Assembly (NCBI GenBank): GCA_000708835.1
Contig: DF237412.1
Span: 1-64,000, forward strand
DNA length: 64,000 nucleotides
DNA from: Klebsormidium nitens
Lineage: Eukaryota; Plantae; Klebsormidiophyceae
Reading direction: 5' to 3'
Shown: in pieces, positions 50,657 to 64,000 of the stretch
Position numbering within the stretch: position 1 is the stretch's first letter
Layout: each line of letters begins with the position of its first letter
Position numbers and translations under genes: made by a program
The notes under the pieces: generated by a model
Databases searched by the model: none
The model's input: only the letters and a program-made list of their open reading frames with translations
Told to the model about the DNA's origin: nothing

Positions 50657-53600
50657 ATGGCTTTGACAGCTGCGAGGCTTGTTTCAAGTGGGCAGCTTGC
50701 TCTCACATTTAGGACTTCCGACTGCGGTTATGGCCATGGTTTCAAGAACGATAGGGTAAAGGTGCATCAGAGGCTCCCACGGAAGAACACGATTGCAATG
50801 GGGGTGGGGGTAAGTGATGCTGTGAGTTTGTGTGATCATTGATTTGAGCAGTTTCATCCGTACTACTCTGCTCCCCTTTCATTTTTTTATGTTTCTGTCT
50901 GCTCACGGCCCATTGCAAAGAACTCGCTTTTGTTCCTTTCAAGCGTGTGATGGATGAGAAACCCGTCACGGTAAGAGCAGAAATGCATCAAGGGATCAGC
51001 TGTTCTTGTTGGCCGATGCTGCCTTGGGTGGTGTTATTATTGATCTCAGCATATACATGCCATGCTCTATGAGGACTTCTTTTCTGCCAATCTTGGTGGT
51101 TTCAGTGCTTTCAAATTTTCAAGTCAGCGCCACCGTAAATTATTCCTTCTGATGTTGAAGACAAAGCGTGCTCAGTGTAATTCTATGTTCCTCACCAATC
51201 TCCGTGCATCTTCCTTCCTTACTGCCTGTTCTTCTGAAGGTGTGTCTGAAAGCTGCACATCAGCTTCATTAGAAAGTTATCGTCCTGCCCCTCTTTAGAA
51301 GGCAATGTTGTGAACGGGGCTGCCCGGGCATCTCCGCACGTTCCTCAGACGTGCATACTAACTGTAGCTTCTTAAGAACATCCCAAGAAGACTTCCATTT
51401 GTAGAGTCCTGAATCCGGTACTTCACCCTGAAGGCTTTCTTGAGTATGCCACCCCTGGCTGGGCCCTTACATCAAACAGTTGTTTCTTGGTGCAACTTAT
51501 ATTCAACCCCAGTGCCTTGAAGCGGTTGCTTACTTGAAGCATTGGACCGTTCTGATTGTCCCCAGCTGGCTGCAGAGTGGTTGAGGTCCGTTCTCTGCGG
51601 TGCTCGACGGTAAGGGCAGCCTTGTCTTCCTCCAAAGTTTTACACGAGCTCTTTACGTTGTTTTTCAGTGGAGGCTGGCAAAGGTCCAGTTTTACCCTGT
51701 ACTGAACGGTATGGATCAAACTTCCGCAGGCAACAGAGTGTCGATGTGACAGTGATTATCATGCCAGGTATATGCAGATTCAGATCATCTTTCTGCAGAA
51801 GCAGACCAGGATTTTGTGCCATTGTGATTCACCGCAATCCAGCTCCTCATTTGCTTCCACTTCATGCCTCATCTGCCGGCATCTAATGGAGCTTGTTTCC
51901 AGTCAGGGTCCTCTACCTTGGTAATTTAGGTCACCCTTTTCCTTTATTTGGCTCAACCTGTTTTCATACCATTCTTTGAAGATTCTCCGAGAAGGAATAC
52001 TGAGTTTTGTCTTCGACTCGCAGAAAGCCAAGGTTGAGTTCGTCAAGTATCAAGGCCTTGGAAACGACTTCCTTCTGGTCGACAACCGGGACCGGTCAGA
52101 GCCGTCAATCAGCCCCGAGCAAGCAGCGAAATTGTGCGATCGGAATTTTGGGGTGGGGGGCGATGGCGTCATCTTCGTGCTGCCGGGGAAAGACGGTGCT
52201 GACTACACCATGCGAATCTACAACTCGGACAGCAGTGAGCCAGAGGTGAGGGTTCCTTTGTCAAGGTTGATTCCTCAGTGGACGGTGCAAGCGATGTACC
52301 GGACCATTTGCGAGACATGTCAGGGGTGGATTGAGGTCGTTAAGAAATGGTCGCGAGTTATTAAGGGTGGATTTAGGCAGGTGAGGCAGACTAGCTACCG
52401 AATTGGAGTCCGCTCCAAGTCGAGAGTAAGCAACGGGGAGCTATTGGCGTGACAATGTGAATGGCCAGAAAATCTTAAGCAACTCACGGTCACAAGGTTT
52501 GGTCTGGGCTGTGATGGGACAACTGGACCTAACTTAGGTAAGGGCGAAACGGATACCTCCATGTGCGCTAAAGATCCTCAAGGATAGCGTTCATTTCGTC
52601 CGTTGCCTGCAGACTCTGCCGTTGAAAGGAGTCATTACGCACTTGGCTTCTGGGAGCTTCGAAGAGTTCAGACAGTCCTTGTTTATGCGAGTCTTCGGTC
52701 TGATTTGTCCGACTAAACAAACTCGCAGATGCTGATTGTGGAAACAACGGCCCTCAAACTGTCTTGCAAAGAACAGTCCTCTTGTAGCCTGGTCTACTTT
52801 GGATCAAATTCGTTTCGCTACTTCGGGCAACTCCGAAAACCGAACGGGAGAGGGAAGCAGACAGTCGGGACGGCAAGCTTTGCACGATTGCAGTTGTCCC
52901 GGAGACATGCACGAGCTTTCGATAGGGTGCTGGTTTCTTATTGGCTGCAATTGACTTTCGCCTCAGCGCTCTGATGTAGGACATTTTTCGGGGGTTCTGG
53001 AAGTGTATCAAAGTTCGTGTGCGGTCCTGCGGAAGTGGTCGTCAAAGCATATGGATTTCTGTTTTGGACAACAAAAGAAACGCTGAGTGTCAAGATGACC
53101 GGCGCTCCCAGATGAATACCGTTCTATTTCACACGTCCGACGTAAGTGAATCTGTTAGACGAGGTTTTGGCAGACCCAAGCGCAACTTGCGCTGGAGAGC
53201 ACAATCATCGCCCGTGTTAGCTCTTCATCTCTTCGAACCGACGATACTTCGCCACTGTTTGTACGAGTACCTCCATCCAAGCCACCAGCGGTTGGTACAA
53301 AGCAGGACACAAATCAACGTGGGAGACCCTGCAACAGGCAAGGCATTCCGTTTTCAACATTTGGACTTCACGAGAAAAAAGTAATTTGCTTGCGCAGATG
53401 TGCGGGAACGGCATCCGGTGCATGGCGAAGTTCGTCGCAGACCTGGAGCAGGCGTCCGGGTCCAAGGCGTACACAATCAACACGCTGGCGGGGCCGATCA
53501 AGCCGGTGCTACGGGATGATGGCCAGGTGTGTTTTTGTGATCAGAACAAGATCGAACGAGACAGATTGGTGCATCGCAACCGGCTGAAACTCCTCTAATT

Positions 53601-56407
53601 GCGAGCTAGAAGTCTTAGTTCTCATGTCCGGTTTTAATCTGTGTCAGAACTCGTCACTTGTCTGAGCTTCTCACGTTTGAATCCATTGGGAAATCAGCTC
53701 GTATGTCGCTGTAGCCTTACCGAGGCAGCATCTTGGGATTGGTGATCGAATTCCTACATCCAATACTGACATGGCTCACGTGATCTCATCCTGTTCATGC
53801 TGTTCCGGTTGTCGTGTATCCCGTAAGGAACCGTGTGTCTACGATTCGGGCACTTCGATGCACTCTCAGACGCATCCTCACAGCATTTTGTTCAATTTGG
53901 GAGTCTTTGGCGCCCACAAAATGGATCTGCATTGAGAACCCGGCTTGATGTATGCAGGTCGTGGTCGACATGGGGCCACCGATTCTAAAAGCTGCCGACA
54001 TCCCGACGACTCTCAAGCCTACGCGCGAGGACGGGAGCGTTGTCGCGGCGCCGTTAGAAGTGGACGGGCTGACGTGGGCCGTGACGTGTGTCAGCATGGG
54101 GAACCCGCACTGCATAACGTTTGGCTGCGTAGGGGCTGAGGAGGTGCGCGTTTTGGGGTTCTTGAGAGTCAGAACTTGAGAGTTTTGGGTTCAGAATTTT
54201 GGAACTTGGAAATCTGGAACTTCGGAACAGCAGCCAACTTTTCGTAGTCGTCTTAGCAGTGCGGCCATGTTCTTTTCCTCTCTTCCCACTCCGCCTCCAG
54301 TCTCAACAACGTTTAACACTAGCTGCATCAGGAAACTCCACGCCCTTTCGATGACGTTTCTTTCGGCCTGTGGCGCTACCTTGATCCACGGACACTGGGC
54401 TACTACATATCTGCCTTTGCGGCTTCGATCTCAATAGCTTTATCAAGAAGTAGAATATATTTCTTGGATTCAGACATTTCAATGACTGCCGACATTCCTT
54501 GTGGCCCCTGACCGTTGGTGCTGCCACTATTCGCACGCTTCACCGCTTGGAAAAGCACGAGAGAGGCGTCGAAATTCTCCTTCCCGCCCGTCTTACACCC
54601 TGTCAAAAGCTGTTAGACGTATGTACCTTGATAAAATTGACACGCCAGGTAGATTGACCATGGAATTGCTCGACAGAATGCGTGGAAGGAGAACGTGGAC
54701 CAAATTCGCTCGTTTGGGAACCCCAAGCTCTAGAACCCTTTCCGGCCCGCAGGCCGGTTCGGGGTTCGGACTCCTCTGTATATTTCGGTACCGGGCCATT
54801 CACGGTACACTGTACCCTTCTTCTTTTGCTGGCGGTCGTAGGTAGTGTGGTTCGAAGCAGAGTACCGGGAAGGTTGCCCGGTCATTTTCACGAGTGCCGG
54901 GGGCAGCTACACCACTTGCGCGCAGTCCAGGGCTGAGTGGGGGTTCGAAAAGTCCGAATTTGGTTTACGTTCTCCTTCCATGGGTTCTGACACCATCCTT
55001 TATCTGTCTTCTCAGGGATTGAAAGTGTCAGAGATCCCGCTAGCGCACATAGGGCCTCTGTTCGAACGCAACGCCGTATTCCCTGCCCGGATCAACACAG
55101 AATTTGTCGAAGTGGTGTCAAGAACGAGGCTAAAGATGCGAGTGTGGGAGAGGGGCGCAGGTAACGGATCAGCTATCCCGACTAATCATTTCACAACATT
55201 AATTGCATCCCCTTAACAATTGTGAAACGCTGCAAGTATCGCTTTGTCCTCTGGATCTCTCTTGACCTTTGTACGGTATGAGCTGGTCAGCGAACGACCC
55301 CATGTTACGGCCAAATCGAGCGATACTTGACAAGAGATTCCGCTTCCTCTTGGCTGTACATCTTCGCTTCGAAGCCGATGGCTGCACCGAACTGCGTCTT
55401 TGTCGTGGTTGGACGGACCCACGGCAGAAAAGGCCCCGTACGAATCGTCTGACGTCCGCTCGTACGATTTGACGTGAAGACATCTGAGGAACTCTCAAGG
55501 TCCTTCTCAAAGAGGAAGCTGAATCGAGAGTTGATCTGATCTTGGATTGACAGATTTGAAAGACGGCCACAAAGAATCAAATCAGAGCTTTCAATAAAGT
55601 CGGCAGGGTGAAGCAATCAGAACGAGCAACAAGAAGCGTGCAAAGTGCTCTTCGTCCCGATCCTTTCCTGCTTTGGTCTCTGGCATAGTGGTGCCTCCAG
55701 CGTCGTTTGACGCTGAAAAAGGAGGACCGTGCAAGGGACGCGCTTGACCTCGCTAAATTCAATTTTGTAAACCTTCAACTTGGTGGTCATTTGCAGGGCC
55801 GACACTTGCTTGCGGAACGGGGGCATGCGCGCTGCTAGTGGCGGCAGTTCTTGAGGGACGGGCAGAGCGGGTAAGCCTAGAGTGCCCACTAAACCCAATC
55901 TGACGGTCTCTGCGCTTGCTCGGACCGACAAAATGGACGGACTGAAAAACGGAGCACTCTCAAGGATTCCCCTTGATCAGACTTTCTCATGACGACGAAT
56001 CAGATCTAGTCGATTTGCCGATTTTGGCGGATGATTTTGAGAATCAGATCTGGAATATCCAAGCTCTCCGGTAGTGCTGCTTCTTTTGGCCCATGCTTTG
56101 ACAGATGGCGGAAGTACCTTGTCGGACCGCGTCACACTTGTGCATTCCTGCCAAGGGGTCGTCTACGGTCTGCATCGCCAGAAAAGTTCTGAGCAGCTAT
56201 GTGATTGTACTTTCGTTTTTGGAACTCGCCGGAAGCTTGCCATGCGAGGTGGACTGATGCCGGATCCTGTATCGCTTTTTCCAGACATGCACGGTTGAGC
56301 TACCAGGAGGCCCTCTTGAGATTGAGTGGCGGGAATCAGACAACCGCGTCTACATGACGGGCCCTGCGGAAGCTGTTTTTGAAGGTATCGCGCAGGTCAA
56401 CGACTAG
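50657..56407 (+). CDS. dapF: Diaminopimelate epimerase, probably plastid-targeted
   Basis: Transit-peptide-like first exon (50657-50809, tentative). Core exons 52024-52245, 53398-53526, 53958-54143, 55016-55160, 55797-55870 and 56285-56407 join in phase. Motifs: [83 protein letters not shown]. Confidence 0.97.
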
Positions 56408-59400
56408 GACAGGTTGATATAGGCGTGTTAAATTTTGATATCCTTTACGGCGGCTAACGCATACGGCCGTACCTCCAGTTTTGCTTAACCTGGGTTGCTA
56501 AGGTGAAACGGCTCTCAATTGAGGGCATGGCTGGCACTAGACCCTAGCTAAAGTCAAGTTCAAGCAGGCCGTCATTCATTGGAGCATGCCTTTGGATGGT
56601 TTATCGATTGAGCCCGCTTACATATCAACCAATGGTTGCCTCCGGCCAGTTCGGGCTGTCGTACGGTATCCGCACGTGCACACGGCATTCTTTATGGTTG
56701 AACGTGCTCCTGAATCAAAGTACCGGTCAATAGCCTGTCGGAGCATGCATGAGTCGCAGGCTATCTTGTAAGATGGTCTCTCATGTAGCTCGCGCAGCCT
56801 GCGCTGAGCGCTTGCCAGAGCAACGGTTGTCAGGATCGGCCACATATGCATGAGGCCGGCCATGTGCGCGCCGCGTGAACGCTGTCGCGGATGATGGTGG
56901 CCGCTCTTAGTTGAGTCTATGCATTCTCTGGTAATGATCCACGTACGCGTCGGACTCACGTTCGAACTTGACGATCTGTCAATTCCGACAGCATGCGCAT
57001 GCAGCGGCAAGCTTTATAGCAGTCTGGCTTGCCAGGTAATGCCACATGACAGCAAAAGTCAAGATCATGTGGCATACATTCGCCAGCGCCGACATCGAAT
57101 TCAAGCTTTCCGACAACTTCATTGATTGTATAGTGATTGCGATCCTGAGTACCATACCGTACATCCGAAGTCAAGCTGCAAACGATTGAAATCCAGCTGC
57201 GCACTCTTGCGACCATCCTGTATATAGAGAAAGCGTTCAGGGACCAGGCCCGAAGCATAATATATTCTCGATGACCAACTAAATGCCCATTGCATGCCAG
57301 GCTACGTTTAAACCCTTCGCATACAAGGTTGACTCAATCATGATGAGCGCGCGTGCTGAGCGCACAAGGGAGGCTTGCGATGACAATGATTCTGTACACT
57401 TCAACTCATATACAAGTAGCCGTTGCAAAATATCACTATTGTCTACCTCAGCTTGAGTTTGATATTTTATGATCCAGCCTGGCTTACCCGGCTCCCGGGC
57501 GCCGCTTCAGACAGTCGGGGCAAGAGGTTCCTAAATTCGTGGTGTACCTACCACCCCCTCGCTATTCTAATCCTCGTCCTTATCCATCCAGAGTGCTTCA
57601 CCATTGTTTAACTCGCTCATGTTTTCGAGGGCAGCTGCCGCTCAGTGTCCTCCTCATTCGCTCCGCTTGGCTCTGAACCCGGGGCTCAAACGCCTGGCAC
57701 CCACCAAACCTGCCCCTTGTCTGGGTGCGGCTTCCAGAAAGCCCCCCTCGCATGCCCTGCCTTCTCCCCACGACGCGCCTAAGTTCGATTCCGTGCTGCT
57801 CGCGGACGGTTGGTGCCCGCTCGGCAAAACCCCGACGCACCTTCGAGTCAGAATTGCTCCCGGTGGTGTCCCCCGGGTCTTTTTAGCAGGTTCAACGCAG
57901 CCGGGGGATCCCCCGGGTTTCATTCGGGGCGTGCGCAGCTTGGAATGTTGCGCCAATGCTTGGGCAACCACGGCGTCGTAGGGCGCAGCCGCCAGCAAAG
58001 CCGGGGCGTGGTACTCGGGTAAACTCGGAAGCAACCCACCTACGTCAAGCTAACTAAGGAAGACCGAAAGTAGAAATCGAGGACTGCCACCTGGCTGGGC
58101 CGTGTTCGGAGCACTGTTTGGATTGAGAATCGTCCGTCGGGTTTGCAGCCGGTGTTACTGCACGGAAGAAAATGCACACTCTTAAAACCGGAGCACCTCG
58201 AACATGGTTACACATTCGTACATGTAGCCAGTTCCAGTGAACCATCGGGAGGCCACCTGCGAAACAGCTCGTCCGCCTTGATGGCGCAAGTTCATAAAGG
58301 TCTCCATAAACTTTCGGTAAACAACCAGGGTTTGTGTTAAGATTTTGAAGTCTTTGCAACTAATTGACGAATCTGCGAGCTCTCCTTGGCGCTCAACTAG
58401 AAAGGGCTGTCGACTGGGTTACTTTTAAGGTCATCTACATCCGTTTGCATCTGAAGAGCAACCCCCCAATCTCTGCCCGCCTGTAATCGAATTCTCGACG
58501 TTTCTGCTTCAAGCTCTTGGCCTCATCAGCTTTGAGTCGGTCACTCTCATGAGCTCCTGAAAGCCTGTGGTTCAAATCTCTACCCCTAGAACCCAAGATT
58601 TCGAAATTTTAAAACTCACCAGATTGCCTAGGCGTCACCAGTTGCGACCCTCCCGGCTGGTTGAGCACGTTCACACCCGTCGGTGTAGCTCGGGCCTCCA
58701 GCACCGCCGCTGATTGCACGACGTGGCCCAGCGCTGCCAGGTTACGAACGGGGGATTCATTTACAGGATTCAAAACCTGAAGAATCGGATTTTACATCGC
58801 TTTCCGCCTCAGCTTTCTAGAGTGAGACTCGACAACCAGAACAGGATGGTGCGACAAGGCCGTGCTGATTTGTCGAAACAAACAGAGGGGTCCAGGTGAT
58901 GGAGCGATACCATATACGGCTGGATTTTTCTTGGCTGCTACACTCTCACAACCAGAAAGCGCTGGAGAAAACACTGACCTGCCAGTAAGGCCAACGAAGC
59001 GGACGGCGACACAACGGTCATTGACTGTTCTCACGGAGCCTGCACATAGGAGAGAATGGACTTCAAGCTTGGACGGCGTTCAACCAAAGCTTTACAAAAA
59101 ACGCACGAACTTATAGAAAGCGTGTGTGGGGGAGCACGAAGGCCGTTTGCAAAGCGTCTTTTGGATCCAACGTGCGCAAATTCGCTCAGGTCCGAAGAGC
59201 GATTTCTTGCCATATGGCAGATCAACTGTGCCAGCTGTGCCCCAGTTGCAAGGGCACTTAACGTCATTTTCTGTAGTCATCGCTCTCAAGGGCCTCAATG
59301 TCGGATACCAACCTCGATCTGGCAATCAGCTTGCAAACATAAGCGTTTCCTCCGAACACCTCTCTTGCCATTATCCCGATCAAGTGCTACCCGAGTTTGA

Positions 59401-59453
59401 CAACACAGAATTGTTTCCGTACGTACGACACAGCCCGCGGTCTTCGACAGTTC

Positions 59454-62400
59454 TTACCTTCTCTCTCCAGTTGGCGCGTCTGCTCCGGCCGGCCCCTCTT
59501 CCGTAGCTTCGTCAAATGTCCCCTCGGATCCTTTTCTCTCCGACCCCTCTCCGCTTCCCCGCTTTGGACCAGTTTTCTCACCCCTCTGTTCTTCGTTTCT
59601 TTTCCTCCTGATCCACTCTTGCCGCATCTGCGACATCTTCTTTTGGGCGACCAGCAGCTCCTCGGCCTCCGCAGCATGGTCGCCAGCTTTCAGCTTATTC
59701 CACCAGCTCACTATGAGCCCGTTGCTCACGAAGTAGGCTTGCTTGACCATGTCCTTGACCAGTCCCACCAGCTTCTCCGGCTGATGGGCTCTCAAATACA
59801 TAGACGCCAACCTGAGAAGATACAAGAAATAGCGTCGTTTACTTCCGAGCCCGGACAAGCCCAATCGAAGTCACATGAAAGATCTGCACCGACTGTCATG
59901 AGAAGATGTGAGCGCCAAAGAGACGGCAAATCCCCAACAGTAATCACAAGTGCTGCTACTGATCCACTGCTTTCGTCACCTATGATTGGGAGCCTCGGTC
60001 TGGTCTGCTTCGCATACAAGCTCAACGGCAGTGGCCCGAACCGAAACACGCGCTCTCGAAAGCATCATCGCCAGAATGGAGTAAAGAAACTCGTTTCTCG
60101 ATACATAGAGGCGACTGTGGGCCTTGAACGCCTAGCAAGAATGCCTAGCACATGGACACCGACCCACGTAAACGGAAGTCGAAGAGAGAAGGTGGCAGCA
60201 TCGTACTCTTGAAAAGCTCGTTCTGGCAGGACATGAGGTTCCTGCCTTTTGCGCCGCACTGCGAAGTAGTCCGCCAACACACCCTCCGCTTCAGCGGCCC
60301 AATTCTTTTCCGCCAATCGTTCAATCACGTTTGCGAAGTCGACTGCATAGAAGTCGGCCTCTAACCCCTTGCCGACCAAGTACGCCTGCAGGGGTTCAGA
60401 ATGTTGATAAGAAAAAGGGATGCTTCCGAACCCCCTGCCGACCCAAAAAATCCTGAAGGTGATAGATGACATCGAAGAAATCATCGGTCAAAAGTCGTTC
60501 GTTCTAGAGCGTACTTCCCATAAAGATGCATAATGTGGACGGGGGATGCACAAAAAGTGGTCGAGAAAGTCAAGCAGCAACAATTTCATAAGTGAACCTA
60601 TGTATACTTGTTGATTGTGAACCTGATGCACGTGCAGGTCGAGAAAGGGAATGCAAGCATTAATCCAAGCATAGAGTGGCGAGAATGTTTTTGCGGACCT
60701 TTCTAGCAATCAGCTTCATGAATACGGAAAAAAATCCTTGAGGTGCAAGGAACGGGACAAGGGGCCGTTGTCTTTGGGACCAGGTTCAGGAAAAGTGGAG
60801 TTACGTGGAAGAATTGGTGCAGTTTGCGGTTCGCTTGGAAGTAGGAGGAGTGAATTCAAGCCTTAGCAAGCTCAATGCGGGCTCTCTCGCAAGCGACAGG
60901 ACTCAAAGCAACAAGCAAGCAGGCATGGCCTTGATATGCCAACTAGAGCTTGACAAACGTGATCAGACGAAGTATAAAAGGGGCCATATCCAGCCACGGA
61001 GACATTGGCCTCTTTACACAGGAAGGAATCCCGCATCATTGATTGCTTTCTTGAGGCCTAAATGGGCAAATGTCAACGCTTACAATCGTGCTCGCAACAG
61101 CTAAAAGGCTGGAACTTGACTGAACAATTCGCTTCGCAACAAAGCAGCAGAGCACTCCATCCTCATGTTCTCCAGTACAAGGACAGGCCAAAGCACAAGG
61201 AGTCAAAGCCTCTAATACTCCAAGCCCAGACATTAGGATACAACATTTCAAAGGCTTGCCTGGTACATTGCCTTGGTCAGCCTGCGATTACTGTAGCACC
61301 TCTTGATAAGCAGCGCTTGCACTGCCAGGCTGTCATGGTGGGATCCCTTGATTGCTTCTAGTGCTTTATAGGCTGTGAGCGCTGTCTCTGGCTCCTTCAC
61401 TGTTCTCAAGAAGAAGCGCAATGCCCCATCTAGTTGGACGCCTAGCCGCTCTTGTTGATCTGCCAACATCTGAGCTTCCGCTTGAAGTCCAGAATCAATA
61501 AGCACCCTTAATAGACTAATGAAACTAACAATGGGTAGTGGCGGGGCTCGTTCTTGTAGATCCAGCATCTCACGGACAATCTCCCGCGCCTCATTCGCCC
61601 GGCCCAGCTCAACAAGTGCACGGACTAGTTTCTTTTTTTGATCCAAAGGATACCTATATTTCAAACTTAGAAACTCCTCAACTGTAATACCAGAGGTCAA
61701 AAGGGCTCCCACTGTGGGCCACTCGATTGTCAGCCCCGTCTTTTCGACCAAACTCTTATAGAGTGCCCAGACTTCGTCTCGCGAGCGGCCTTGCGCATGC
61801 ATTGCCTTGATTACTAGGTTCGCACTATTTGAAGATGTCGACCAACCGTTTGCTTGCACTTCCTCGTACATCTTAAGGACTTGTTCAAACATGTTGGCCC
61901 GGAGACAGGCAGCGAGGAAGATGGGGATGAGCCGTTTATTCCTTTCAGCGCGGGAGCGGTACCTGAGTGGAAGACAAGATGCAAAAGGCGATCCTTAACT
62001 GAGTGCTGACTTTCATTCCATTCATATAAAAATCCTACCAGGGGACGCACCCCGGTACAGAGCATTGAGATTTCTGGAAGGGCAGTAGACTATTTAGAAT
62101 CGTTGTATAGAGAGGCCATTCAGTAAAGCTGGTGAGAGAATCAAAGGAACCCTTGAGCAATTCCAAATTTACAATCAGGTTCTACAGACTTAGGAGCATG
62201 GCTTGTTGAAAGCGACTCATTACATTTGAAGTAAGCGATTCCAGCAGCTTTTCTGTTAAGGTCGTGATTGCAAGAACCATTAGTGCCAAATTGCAAGCTA
62301 CTTGAGGCAACACCTGAGCAAAAACACTAGGTGAGGATGCAGATAGACTCGCAAGAGTGAAGTTGCAAAACATAGTTGTGTAGATGTCTCGACTACTCTT

Positions 62401-63244
62401 CGTCGTACCTGTCCCACAGCCTGGAGATTGCATCCGTGTATCTCGCCGCTCGGAGGGCCTGCAGAACTGGACTAAACAACATATCCACAGAATTGCTCGA
62501 GTCCTGAGGTTGCTTTGAGAGCCACCAGTCAAGTACATTTAGAGCCCGCTGTGCATCCTCTGTGCTGCACCGGTATGTGGTTTCTCCCAAGTTAACCCTC
62601 TGTTTGGCGCTCTTGTCCCTCCTAGAGTTTTCCAGCGGGTCTGAGAGTTGGTACAGGGCACTAGCCAGTGATCTGACACCAAACGGTCGTCCACCTATTG
62701 TTCCGTTCGGCAGCCTCTCATCCAGATCCGCGTCCGGGGGCCACTCTCTCAAGCTCCGCAAGAGCTCCCCCCTGAGCACTTTCTCCTCTCTCCATTCAGA
62801 CGGCCTCCAAAGGGAATTGTCCTCATTGTTTTGCCCACTCGCCCTTCTTAGCTTCTCTGCCCCTTGTTCTTTGAGGTCTTCTGCGTCCTCTTTTTCCGCC
62901 GCTGCTATAGCGCTTGCCCCGAAGGTGCGGGAGTGCCCGCCGGAAATGTCTCCAGGAGACCTCACGAATCTGATGGCAGACTTTGCACATGCTGGCAGGA
63001 CTAAGTAGGAAAAACGAGCAACCCCCCAGCTGAACGGCTGGTGGCAATTCCCCAATGCATGTAGTGCGCCAGTGCCATTGGCCTCTGCCTCCAACATGCG
63101 CTTTGTGTCGAGGAAAGCGATGCAAGCCGGTCTACAGGCCTGCAAGACCACCCTGCTTAGCCCAATGGAGCGGGCACCCAAATTTAGCGCCATGCTTTGT
63201 CCAAGACAGTCGACATCCGCCAGGAAGCTACAGGCCTCATCCAA
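59454..63244 (-). CDS. Divergent pentatricopeptide-repeat-like (alpha-solenoid) protein, probably organelle-targeted
   Basis: Large exons (about 63244-62395, 61965-61260, 60390-60210, 59850-59454) contain PPR-like pairs of helices, e.g. LIPIFLAACLRANMFEQVLKMYEEVQANGW, ANLVIKAMHAQGRSRDEVWALYKSL and KKLVRALVELGRANEAREIVREML. Several junctions are unresolved. Confidence 0.65.
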
Positions 63245-63399
63245 GTTCTCGAGAAGAATGCAACCTCACAGATTGCTATATAGTATACCTAGGGTCCTAT
63301 GTTTTCAAAGTTTTCTCGAGCATCACGAGCAAGCAGCCTCTTTGGATCGACGGCAATGCACGGTAGGATGAGTACTACCGGTCGTTGCTGGCATGGAGT

Positions 63400-64000
63400 C
63401 GAACTCAATTAGGGGAAGGTCATTTTGAATTGGTAACCCCCCCCTATTTATTTGCGAGGGGGGGAGCCTGGGGCTTGAAGCCCGCCCTGGGGTCCCCATG
63501 GGGTAGGGGCCTTCCCCCCCTTTCACAGCGAGCGTGCCTAATGGGGGGGGGACCCATTGAGTCTGGTCTTCAGGCAGCCCAAGGGCGGGGGACAGGTCGC
63601 CAGACTTTAGTTTTCATGTACAAATCTGGGTTTTGGAAGCCAAATCACGCTTGAATCGGCGATCTTGCCTCGAATTTCTTAAAAATCGGCATGAATTTCA
63701 CCCAGAATACCCACATCTTGACCGAATATGGAGAAAATCCGACTGAAACCAACTCTCTCTCATGCCCGCATGGCAAAAAACTCCTCCTTTTTAAAATTTC
63801 TGGTAGAAAAGAAGGGGGGGGTACCCTGGGCCCTGATCGACAAAATTTAAAGGGGGGGGGGGGGCAGAGGGCTCCCAAAAATTCCGGCTGTAGGTATGGG
63901 GGGAGTAGTAAGTACCAAGGGCTCTTGGCGAAAACCCCTCACAAATAAATAGGGGGGGTACGCTTTCAAAGTGACCTTCCCCTTAGAGGAGAACTAAGTT
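63400..64000. other. Homopolymer-rich (G/C/A/T runs) low-complexity region
   Basis: Many runs of 6-14 identical bases (e.g. the G run at about 63852-63864) and a composition unlike the flanking genes. Confidence 0.6.

Noticed and set aside
56580-58400. Retroelement (DIRS/LTR) between dapF and the PPR-like gene
   Set aside because: Only short broken ORFs are present, with no RT, integrase or recombinase motifs and no terminal repeats found.

Overview
Eukaryotic, intron-rich nuclear DNA with GT-AG introns and GC-rich exons. The gene style suggests a streptophyte green alga such as Klebsormidium; this is inference only. Genes rebuilt by hand from splice sites and reading phase: (1) a Tubby-domain gene (+, 17728-22560); (2) one continuous ORF fusing a GT4 glycosyltransferase to a 5'(3')-deoxyribonucleotidase-type (NT5C) HAD phosphatase (+, about 35678-45325); (3) a convergent TMEM144-like DMT-family transporter (-, 46807-49990); (4) plastid diaminopimelate epimerase dapF (+, 50657-56407), head-to-head with the transporter; (5) a divergent PPR-like helical-repeat gene (-, 59454-63244). 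The left half holds two paralogues of a family I cannot name (5537-11967 on -, 28117-31180 on +). They share exon sizes, intron phases and an H-x3-H-x3-H-P-C-L-x-I-x-G-D ... GNDP motif. Also present: several unidentified or decayed genes, two MITE-like foldback elements, a palindromic tandem array at the window start, a 416-N gap that looks like an assembly artefact, and a homopolymer-rich end. The best candidate for a new system is the GT4-NT5C fusion next to the sugar-transporter-like gene.
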